NCBI RefSeq assembly: GCF_001194135.2
Contig: NC_068983.1
Location: 166,090,510-166,154,509, forward strand
From: Octopus bimaculoides
Taxonomy: Eukaryota
Reading direction: 5' to 3'
Length of the DNA stretch: 64,000 nt
The notes below the pieces were generated by a model. The model was given only the letters and a program-made list of their open reading frames with translations, was not told the origin of the DNA and made no database searches. Below are positions 36,841 to 47,639 of this stretch, piece after piece. Made by a program: the position numbers and the translations under genes. Within the stretch, counting starts at the first letter, position 1, and each line of letters begins with the position of its first letter.

Positions 36841-37152
36841 TGCACCAAATATTTTACCTCAACATGATGTTTTTGGGGAAAAGGCTGGATAAAGGCTCCT
36901 TAAACATTTTAATAATAATAATAATAATGATTCAGCCAGATAAAATGATTTGATTCATAATCTTAAATAGGATAATCCATTGAAGACATGAAATAAATTT
37001 ATGCAATTTTTGAGGATTTTTACACTATATACACCAAACATGTATTTACATGAGTGCTGAATAAGATACATGTATCTAATTGTCATTGTTTTAACATCCA
37101 CTTTTCCATGCTTGCATGCGTCAGATGGAATTCATTGAGGAAGACTTTCTGT

Positions 37153-37195
37153 AGCCAGACGCCCTTACTGCAGCCAGACGCCCTTACTGCAGCCA
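37153..37195. repeat. 19-bp tandem duplication inside an RTE-tail repeat
   Basis: AGCCAGACGCCCTTACTGC x2 plus AGCCA. Confidence 0.9.
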
Positions 37196-38390
37196 ATCCT
37201 TGTTGCTAAACAAGGAAATATTTCTCCTTAGCCAGACATATTTTCACAGAAGATTGGAAACAAATAATATTGCTTGTATCATAGTGACATTTATTTACAA
37301 TCATTGCACAGTGTTAAGAGAAAGGTAAGCATTGTGCATGTGTGTGTGCATGTGTGTGTGTATACCCCCCACCCCCACCCCAATAGGTTTCTTTCAGTTT
37401 CTGTCAACCATATACATTCACAAGGCTTTGGTCAGCCTGGAACTACAATAGAAGAGACTTGCCCAAGCTGTCCTGCACAGTGGGCTTGAATCATCATCGT
37501 CATCATCATCATCATTTAACGTCTATGTTCCCTGCTAGCATGGGTGGGACGGTTTCACAAGAGCCAGCCAGGCCAAAGCCAGCACCAGACTTCTGTGACA
37601 GTTTTGAAAGGATTTTTACAGCTAGATGCCCTTCCTAACACCAACCACTCAGCAGAGTGGACCTGGTGCTTTTTATGTGGCACAAGCACAGGTGAGGTGT
37701 GTAGTGCAAGGTGAATCTGAAATGATTTGGTTAGGACAGAAGTTTCTTAAACACACAGCCATGCCAACATGCATGTATGTGTGTGTGTGTACATGTGTGT
37801 ACATGTGGGACATATTAACATGAAATTTGGTTGGTAGATTTTTTATTTAGCTCATTTTAAAACGAGAAGTTTATATCAGAGAACTAGAGCCAATGAATTT
37901 GAGGCAGGTCGATATGAAAATATTCGAAAAAGGAAGTCTTTTATCTCTAAGAAAAATTTAAGTTGTGCAAAATCATAATCTTATCTTTATTTTTCACTAA
38001 ATCCAATATTAACTCACCCCACCCCATATTTTCTTGGCATATTCACCTGGCACAAAGCCACCTCCCTTGATACCACTCCCCCTCTCACTTGAAAGATCTT
38101 TGCCTTGTAAGCTGTTTGGTGACCTTGTTGGTGCTAGTGCATTCTGTCAGGTGGTTAGCTTCAGGAAGGGCATCCAGTCATAGAAACCATGCCAAAGTAG
38201 ACAGCAGAGATTGGTGCAGTTCTCTGACTTGCCAGCATGGAAAACAGACGTTAAATGATGATGATGAATTCTCCTATGTTTCCTAACTGTCATTTAAAGC
38301 TCATCGTAACATTCATTTTGACTGGAACAAAATACATTAACATGGGAAACTAAAATGTATATTTTAAGGCCAATAAATATTGCATAAAAC

Positions 38391-38619
38391 TCAATCCATT
38401 TGTTACCATTTGTTTCTGTTGAAATCCACTGCTTTTGTTTCAATTAATTTTGGAAACAATGAAGAATTTAGTAAAATGAATTTTGTCATTATTAAGCTGG
38501 TGTTTCGAAAAAGAATTAACATGAAATTTTGATGGCTTTAAATTAGATCACTTTAAAACAAGACATTTGTATCACAGAACCTGGGGTGATCTCATGCAAG
38601 CTGGAATCAAAATGGCTAA
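38391..38619. mobile_element. piggyBac-like MITE, second family, diverged
   Basis: GAAGAATTTAGTAAAAT..TTTGTCATT..GGTGTTT..AACATGAAATTTTGATGG matches 36690-36765. Confidence 0.55.
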
Positions 38620-38769
38620 AAAAAAAAAAAGATACAATGGGGCAGTTTATAAATAGACTTAAGTAATTACATTGGCTGGAAAGAAATGAAAGTACATAAC
38701 CATTTTAATGCATTAGACAAAGAAAGTTGAGAAGAAGAAAATTGGAAAATGGCAAAAGAAATTACTTAC

Positions 38770-40087
38770 TTTCAGAGTGGTAACTTGAATTATGTGTAAT
38801 TAGAGATCGATGGCTGCCTGGTAAGCACTGTTGGTAAGTATAATCTTGGAGTATACTCCCAGCACGATTGTCCAAGCAAACCTCATTAAAATCACTTCCA
38901 CTGCTCTTTTTGGATTTTAAAATATTTTTAAAGTTATTTTGGTCGTATGATAATGTGATTAAAGAGGAATCAGATTTCTGAGGACTGAACGGTAGATTTG
39001 CGTACTCTGGCTCTGACTGAAGCAATGAGCGGAGAGACATTTGATTGTTGGACCGTTCATGGATACATGCGTAATCCTGGTCAGTACTCTGAAATGAACC
39101 CTTCGATGAAATGCTATCCTGTACGGACACCGCACTATCTTGCATATTGCGTAGTGATCCTTGGGAAGAGTGAGTGTCGGACATGTTGCGCAGAGACCCT
39201 TGGGAGGATTGGCTATCTGACAGATCACGGTTCCTCGACGAATGGGAAGCCTGACTGTCAGTACGCTCGTGGAGGTAACCACCTCGGTGAGATGAGTGGG
39301 ATGTATCACTATCGGATCTATCGTGACGGTTATATCCATAAGGGTCACTATATGTGTTACCACTTTGTGAACTTTGGAGAGTCATCACGATTTGTTCTGG
39401 TTGATAAGGGATATCATAAGCTGGGGCAGATTGGTCAACGTTAATTTTCTTGTAAGAAGTCTGTCCATCTCTTCGAGGTACACCTACATAAGCTGGATTG
39501 GTACGAGGAAATGATCTCGGTTTGGGCTTGTGGGGAATAGGGCTAATATCACCTTGTTTGTTTACTATATCTTGACTAAATGCAATAAATTCTTCTTTGC
39601 CCGATGAATAATCTCCTCCATAAATACTTCGATCGGTTCCAATAATAGTTTCTGAGCCGTAGATTTCTGATTTCGTTTGGAGAGGGCTGGCACAGTAAAT
39701 ATCGGTTCGATAGTTCCCTCCTTGTTCTCCGTAACTTCCTTGTCGACCATGAAAAGAATGATTATCTATCTTGCTTGGACTGTCGTGCCAGCGGTAACTT
39801 CCATGTCTTGTCTGCATTGGCGTCTGTGTCCCACAGCTGTCCATGTTCTTTTGAGAAATATGGGCCCTCTGGATACGAGGAGAGTCTCGTAGCCGCAGGG
39901 ATGCAGACCTTTCGAAAGAATCTCGACGTACCAGTCTTCCTTGGATGGCAAGATCCTGAGATCTGTCCAATTGCTGGGTAGACTGGGTGGGTTGGCTACC
40001 TCTACGGCGGAGGCGCTGCTCCCCATTAATATGATATTCATGACTGGAGCTGCTGTGGGACGACAGAGAATCTTGACGATCAAATCG
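38770..40087 (-). CDS. Large internal coding exon (439 codons + 1 nt), Ser/Asp/Gln-rich, probably disordered region of a signalling or scaffold protein
   Basis: Long polypyrimidine acceptor CTTTTTCTTTCTTTGTCTTTTATAG|CGA and donor GAAA|GTAAGT. Uninterrupted frame RFDRQDSLSSHSSSS...HNSSYHSE, extending the 402-aa ORF. GC and CpG are elevated over flanks. No catalytic domain recognised. Confidence 0.9.
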
Positions 40088-40734
40088 CTATAAAAGACAA
40101 AGAAAGAAAAAGATTGTATTAGAAGAGAGCTAACTCAAAGAAAAACAATCTGTGGTATAAGAAGAAAAAAAACCCCTAATTGATACAGCATTAATGTTAG
40201 AATGCTTAGTCATTACGATTGAAATAAAGGGACATTTCAAAATTTAGCTGCCCAAATCATAGGCTAATAAAAGTTTGTTGTAGTAGTAATAATAATGATA
40301 ATAATGATAATGATAATAATAATGATAATAATAATAATTATAACAATAAGAACAACAGTTTTATCAGCAAATTGTAATATATTCCTAAAACAAAACAAAA
40401 ATGTCTGGCCCATCAATTATCAATAGATATTTTTTTATTTGTCTGTTGCAGCAATCAATCAATTATATTGCTAAACCATGGAACAGAGAGGAAATATATT
40501 ATGATGCAAGTTCAAATAAAATAAAATAAAATAAGGCTAATATGAAAGCTTAAAATGTAATTCTAAGCTAGTAATACAACACCAGAAATTCATGACAGGA
40601 CACCCGTAGAAAATCATGTTCGTTATTTGGCCAAGATTCAATAGTATTGAATGCCAGAAAGTATCCGCTTCCGGCTATAAATTCTAACCATGTTCAATCA
40701 CAAAGCAACTAAAGAATAGGCTCCAAAAGGGAGC

Positions 40735-40784
<50 letters not shown>

Positions 40785-40804
40785 CAACAACCACATTATT
40801 AATG

Positions 40805-41248
40805 GTTCCAATTTTGGGACAAGTCCAGCAGTTTTAGTAGGAGAGGGTTAGTGAATAACATTGACTCGAGTACTCAATCACTACTTTATTTTATGAATCC
40901 TAAAAAGAGGAAAGGCAAAGTCAACCTCCATGGAAAGTCAAAATGTAAAAAGATGTGACGAATGCTGCAAAGCATTTTGCTCAATATACTAATGATTTTG
41001 CTAGCTCACCACTGTAGTAGTATTGTAGTAGTCATTTCTACTATAGGCACAAGGCCTGAAATTTTGGGGGGAGATTGTAAGTCGATTACATCAACCCCAG
41101 TGTTTCACTGGTACTTAATTTCTTAACTCTGAAAGGGTGAAAGGTATAGTTGACTTTGGTAGAATTTGAACTTAGAATGTAAAGATGGACAAAATACTGC
41201 TAAGCATTTTGCCTGGTGTGTTAACAATTCTGCCAGCTCACCACCTTA
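40805..41248 (-). mobile_element. Two tandem SINE family C copies
   Basis: Body repeated at about 40805-41010 and about 41035-41248, bounded by (AAT)n or (GTA)n. Confidence 0.75.
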
Positions 41249-41325
41249 ATAATAATGATGGTGATGAAGATGATGATGATTTCTTTATTAAACACAAAGG
41301 GTAAAGAAAAACATTAAGGACATAC

Positions 41326-41364
<39 letters not shown>

Positions 41365-41666
41365 GCCCTGATGTAGTACCAGGCAGTGGCTCTCATGGTT
41401 TCTGATCTTAATTGATTTGAAGTGTTATCATGTACATGTTTTGTCTTGGTATAAAAGATGGGCTACAGCAAATATTCTGCTCAATACCACAGATTTGCTT
41501 GTCAGTTGTTTGACCGTAGCCAGTTAAGCATGTCCCATGGTGGCTGACGATATGTGCATCTCTGATCACGAGCAGAAGTAGTGGGGGAGCATCATAGCCA
41601 TGTTTTGAGAGGAAATCTTTGGGGTTTGAATAATTCACCTCTGGAAACATGGGTGTTTTGCTCAAC

Positions 41667-42066
41667 NNNNNNNNNNNNNNNNNNNNNNNNNNNNNNNNNN
41701 NNNNNNNNNNNNNNNNNNNNNNNNNNNNNNNNNNNNNNNNNNNNNNNNNNNNNNNNNNNNNNNNNNNNNNNNNNNNNNNNNNNNNNNNNNNNNNNNNNNN
41801 NNNNNNNNNNNNNNNNNNNNNNNNNNNNNNNNNNNNNNNNNNNNNNNNNNNNNNNNNNNNNNNNNNNNNNNNNNNNNNNNNNNNNNNNNNNNNNNNNNNN
41901 NNNNNNNNNNNNNNNNNNNNNNNNNNNNNNNNNNNNNNNNNNNNNNNNNNNNNNNNNNNNNNNNNNNNNNNNNNNNNNNNNNNNNNNNNNNNNNNNNNNN
42001 NNNNNNNNNNNNNNNNNNNNNNNNNNNNNNNNNNNNNNNNNNNNNNNNNNNNNNNNNNNNNNNNNN
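41667..42066. other. Assembly gap (400 N)
   Basis: N run that could hide sequence, including an exon. Smaller gaps occur elsewhere in the window. Confidence 0.99.
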
Positions 42067-42587
42067 GAAGTATAAGCTTTAGATGTCAAAGGAAAATGTT
42101 GCTATTGAGTCCCAAGTCAGCAAATGATGAATCAGACCCCATGATGAAAAAACATTGTTCCAGCTATGGCTGTCCCATTGTTTTACTTGAACATTTTGTC
42201 TAAGTCTGCATAATTATCCAACGTATCCTGTTCCTCTTTTTATAATGACAGTATAGAGAATGATTAGAGGGAAATTCCACTGCTATTTTAGCAGGTCAAA
42301 CCACCCTGTAGAGGCTCTCTCTCGTTAGCTTGTATCAAACTAGCTGTTGCCTAATGGGATAAAATATTGCTATGCAAACAAATGAGCTGTTCACATCACC
42401 ATTAAAAACCAAGCAGATATTTGTGGCACTCCCCACCATCAAATGCTTCATTCATCAGTTTAATCCATTGTACTAACCAAACACAATTTCTAGCTTTGAA
42501 TGTTTATCTAACAAGAAATTTCCTACACTAAAACGTCTTTAACAGTTAGTCAGAGCTTCTAATAACTAGATCACTTGGATAATAATG

Positions 42588-42627
<40 letters not shown>

Positions 42628-44472
42628 TTAAGATATAACTGTTGAACAGACTGTGAGTGAACTAAGCTTCCTAGTGTAATAAAGCTGTTAATCTATGTAC
42701 AAATATGAAATAGTAATACAGTTTGGTTACTAAGGTGACTTAATCAGTGCTGGTGGAGAGATCAATGATTGTATAAAGCCTAAACCATAATGCCAACACT
42801 CAATGTTCTCTTTGCTGACTGCAAATAAATATCTCTCAGGTTAGTATCACAAGTGCAGTAGTGTATACACAACCAGAAAAAAAAATTGGAACAAAATGAA
42901 GATAATCTGTTACGAATAAGACATAAACCATATTCAGGTCATCTAAAAGACAATAAAAAAATCAGGAGATTAGAGGCATGAAACATATACAGAAAAAGAA
43001 GAGAGAAATTAGAAGTGAATGAACAAGTGTCTTCATTTTTTTGTGGCAAATGGGGGGGGGGGCGATGATATATAGGTTGGAGTGAAGAAAATTGAGCATG
43101 GTATTTTAAATTAAGATGAATTTAATAATGGCTAATGATGTGGATAATTAAAGAGATTGTCATGGTTTAGAAAAAGTTGCAAAATGTCACAAAACCAACT
43201 TGATGTTGGCCTTAGAGAGGCAATATGCTTGAAACAGAGATTAATTGGGGATAACTATTCCTAAATGAGTCCTAATTATAGAACTCATTTTCAAGTACGG
43301 AATATATCAATTATGAAAATGGTATAAGTTTGTTAAATTGATAGTAATTTCTATAAATTACATAAGACAAAAAAGCAATTGTTTCACAGAAGAGCCATGT
43401 CTTTCTACATTTATGAACTCAATGGTTTAGAGTGAAAAAAACCAAAAAAAAACCGAAAAGCAGAACTCTGTCTGGAAGTTGATTTTCATGGTGTCATGCA
43501 GAGTATTATGTTGAAGACTTTTATTTTTATTCTCATCCATACTTTAATAACTTGAAAGTTTTTGGCAAATTCTGACACATGCATATATGCTGAGATCATC
43601 TACTTCATTTAATATATTTGGGGGAAAAAAACCTGTTTGCTGCCATAACACTGGTATAGGATAGTTAACTTGGCAACCTTCCTTAAAAGAAAAAAAAATT
43701 ACAAAAACCAACAGAGGATGGTGCATTGGAGGTGAGAAAGAAGAATAAAAAAAATAACAATGAAAAAGAACCTAAAAAAATGTTTTGTTATTAATCATTG
43801 CATTGTTAATTGTCATGCTTCTCTGATATTAGTCCAGAGTCAACAAAAGCTCTGACAGACAGACCAGCCATCATTCATGACCAAATCATAAATATTCTAT
43901 ATTGCTGAACGACCAAACTGATTTAGTCAGCTGAGGTACTGAAGCTTTATAATTTATTAATGTCAACAAATAAAGCTTTTCATTTTAAATTACTTCTCAG
44001 TAATCAAACATTCCATAACAGTTTAACGTGTTGGTTTGTTCACAGACAAGTTTTCTCAAGAGACACTGGTTTCATTTATTCATCATAGAACTTTCAGAGA
44101 TAACTTATTAGGCAGGTTCAAACTTACAATAAGGATCAAACTTCTAATAATGGAAAGGGTCCTTCTAAGATCTCAATGTGCTCAAAAACCCTACTGGGAG
44201 TCAAATTACAGTCAAAACATTTGAAAGTTAAATTCAAACTCCTAAATACTATGCTCTCAAGTTGTTTATTCTTAAGAGAGAAGAAGAAAAAAGAAAATGA
44301 TTATTATTATTATTATTATGATGCAAAAACTGTTTTAATTTAATAGGATCAGAAATGATTTTATTGTCTCGGGTTACACATTCCACAAGAACATACCATA
44401 CTCATTGAAAATCTGCAAGAATTCACGTATCACTGCAATGCACTGCACAACTTCACATCCATACATACACAC

Positions 44473-44508
<36 letters not shown>

Positions 44509-45004
44509 GTGTAATACAATATGTAAAGAGAAAAAATATATTTATCATTAACAAATGCAGTTTGACTCAATGCCTTAGACAAAACCTAAACTCTAGACAC
44601 ACTAGCTATATTATATCAGCCACTAATTTACGTATTGAGTTCTTGAAGTGAGCTATTAGTGAGCTATCCTGAATCATTTTAAAGACAGGAAATAAAAAAA
44701 CATCCTAGTACTACTATTTGGATAATCATCACATCTGTTGCTGTCAGAACATTTACTCATCAGAATGACAACCTATCAAGCAATGAAAAAGAAAAAGAAA
44801 AAGAAAAAGAAGGAAAATTCTACTTTTCGTTATTTTATCATCTTCCCTGTCTTATTATCTTGCAAGAAGAAGAAGAGGAGAAATTGTTTGCTCTAGTTAA
44901 GACTATGTAACGATAATTGTGTGTACCAAAGTGTAGCAGTAGTCGTAGTAGCAGTAGTCGTAGTAGCAGTAAGAGTAACAATAATAATAATAATAAAAAT
45001 AATC

Positions 45005-45220
45005 ATGCTTTCTACTAAAGGCACAAGGCCTGAAAATTTGGGAGAGGAAACTAGTCGATCACATTGACCCCCAGTGTTTCACTGGTATTTAATTTATTGA
45101 CCCCAAAAGGATGAAAGGCAAAGGTGACCCCAGCGGAATTTGAATTCAGAATGTAAAGATGGACAAATGCCCTCAGCATTTTGCCTGGTGTGCTAACGAG
45201 TCTGCCTGCTTGCAGCCTTA
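45005..45220 (-). mobile_element. SINE family C
   Basis: Full body, with GAATTCAAATTCC B-box-like sequence on the minus strand and (AAT)n on both flanks. Confidence 0.8.
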
Positions 45221-45430
45221 TTAATAATAATAACAATAATAATAATAATGTAAATTATAATATTAGATAATAGGAGATAACAAGCAGAAGAAGGCAAGGG
45301 GATGGTTAAGAAAGGAATAAACAACAGGGAAATATAATGAGACTAAATACTTAGGAGAGCAGGGGGGAAATAGATAAATATTTTACTGTGAGAGAGAGGG
45401 GGGAGGGAGAGGGAGAGGGAGAGAGAGTGG

Positions 45431-45488
<58 letters not shown>

Positions 45489-45784
45489 TTCCCAGTTTGT
45501 TCCATAGAGTTTCTTTTCACCTTAAGGAATCAACAATTGTTTTATATAAAGTCTTGGGAATTGCAAACATTTGCACAATACAAAGGAAGTGAGTTCTATA
45601 ACTCTTAGGCTATTTCTTATGAAGCATAGAATTAAGGACCAATTTCAAGGTGGGGGTCCCTGAAATGAGTGAGGTGAATACCAGCTGTCTTAAAGCTATA
45701 ATCCTTGAAGGACTGGAGTCCAGCACTATAAACAATTAAACCGTCATAAATATTTCACCGTTTATAACAGTGAGATATGCTTAC

Positions 45785-45830
45785 CAGGTAGGATGGTAGA
45801 GCAAAAGACAAGCAACAATCCAGTGTTAGG
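45785..45830 (-). CDS. Possible 46-nt internal exon
   Basis: CCTTTAG| acceptor and CTG|GTAAGC donor. Open in phase 2 to 0 (LTLDCCLSFALPSYL), which would bridge the MSAQ frame to the 40087 exon. No homology support. Confidence 0.25.
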
Positions 45831-46249
45831 CTAAAGGCACACAGCTCTAAAGATGGGTTATGAAATGTTGATTTGCTTTGCCAATTTTGCCAACCTAAAG
45901 TCACAGAAAACTATAAAAGGTTTCTTATTGTCCTTAAAAAGATCAATGGGGTAACATCAAAAACTGTCTTTATGAAGTGTGTCAATGGAAAAGTCAAGCA
46001 CAGGAAGCCAATCTACATGACTTGGGCCAGAAACTGCCAGTGTGCCAAATAGAAGAACTGAAAATGGTACGTTCTGGAAAAACAAAACAACCTGTATTGC
46101 AAACTCACTCTGCTACTTTACAGCATTCAAACTCTACAAAATCTTAATCAAAACCTAATTGTGCAGTCACAATATATTTACTGCCATAATATCAAAAATG
46201 ACAAACATCAAACAACAACTATTGTCCAGCAGTATTGCTATGTTTGTGG

Positions 46250-46960
46250 TGCACTTTCACTGAGTGCCTTGTGGATGTGCAGTGTTTTATTTTGACTTTG
46301 GTAGTTTTACTCTTTCCAGAGTACTCAGTGCAGTGGGTGGTGCAGTGCTTACCATCTGCTATTTCCTGTATGCTATGCATATCTTTAAGTCCTGGGGGGT
46401 TTCTTCATGTATTTGTCTGCATGTTGTCTTTAAATCATTTCCAAAGCGTCTCTTACAGAGACTGCTTTTGTTTCCAGGCCTCGCATTTCAGTTTGTCTCT
46501 ATTCCCAGATCTTTATGATTTCTTCATTTCTTTAAGCTCTGGATTATCATCTGTTGGGACTGACATATCCAATTACTAGAAATTTCTTAACAACAATGTT
46601 CAATCAATTAACCTTGATCTCCTTGTCTATGTGTATTGGCATATCCCAGAGTATGGTTGTGCTTTGCCATTCTTGGAGACCTTTTTCAGTTATACATCTA
46701 CACCACCATTTTTCTGTTGGTGTTTCATAATGATGGTATAACCTCCAGTGTTTAGAAGTTCCATACTTGTGGATGCCTTCTTACTTGGCAAAGACTTGGA
46801 AATCAGAGAAGATGCAGTTAATTATTTCATCCCCATCTCCACGTATTCTGCAGTTTATACGAGTGTATTCTATGTTTTTCATACCATGCCATATTGAGTG
46901 AATCTGGGGTGTTGGCTATGACCCCCCACAGTACAGAACTATGTAATTACATATGTTTTT
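46250..46960 (-). mobile_element. R4/Dong-type (restriction-like endonuclease) non-LTR retrotransposon 3' remnant
   Basis: Minus strand reads HWRLYHHYETPTEKWW...TILWDMPIHIDKEIKVN..IVVK...KYMKKPPGL, matching the R4-clade C-terminus (W..P...D..I..NRPDIVV). Many stops. Confidence 0.65.
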
Positions 46961-47139
46961 TTTTTTCATGTGCATCCAACTGCTTGCATGTATCCATACA
47001 CAGCTCTGGGTGATTTATGCTAATTTCTAAAAACCTGTTATTTATCTCAGTTTATTTGTTGTTTTCTTTTTAATTTCAGGCCTTGTGCTCTTAGTATAAA
47101 GGATTATTATTATTGTTGTTGTTATTTCATTGTGCAGTA

Positions 47140-47314
47140 TGGCTATAAAATCGTTTAATTTTATCTTCTGCTGAAAGGCAAATTGCTCCAATGAAATTGA
47201 CTTTGCCTTTCATCCTTTTAGGATCAATAAAATAAGTACCAGTTGAGAACTGGGGGTCAGTGTAATTGACTAACCCCAGCCCCAAAATTTCAAGCCTCGT
47301 GACAATTGTAGAAA

Positions 47315-47330
<16 letters not shown>
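47140..47330 (+). mobile_element. SINE family C (plus orientation)
   Basis: Family body ending in a long (ATT)n tail. Confidence 0.75.
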
Positions 47331-47359
<29 letters not shown>

Positions 47360-47639
47360 CCATTGTACAATATGGCTGTAAAATAGTTGTGCTTTATCTC
47401 CTGCAGATCAAATGTCAAGCCTTAAGAAAAGGTCTTAGACAGAAAGTACCATTTTTAAGGTTATGAGCTGTTCCAAGGAGAGCAGCTTTCCAGAGCACTT
47501 GGATGTTTGCTTTTGCTGTCTAACTGTTCCATGTGATATTATTGCTCCAATAATAATAATAATAATGATAATAATAATAATTATTATTATTATTAAAAGA
47601 ATGTACAACTCAACATCGGCTAGTGGTTAGTGACTTCAG

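Noticed and set aside
38959-40083. Overlapping ORFs (134, 148, 105, 71, 68 and 61 aa) on both strands
   Set aside because: Alternative-frame or antisense shadows of the GC-rich 40087-38770 exon, lacking their own splice or start signals.
41535-41560. CTGACGA as a hammerhead core (also CTGATGA at 27571)
   Set aside because: No helix II followed by GAAA downstream.
41581-42203. 164-184 aa ORFs in the track
   Set aside because: They are mostly X residues spanning the 400-N gap. The same applies to ORFs at 3726, 33457, 60978 and 62447.
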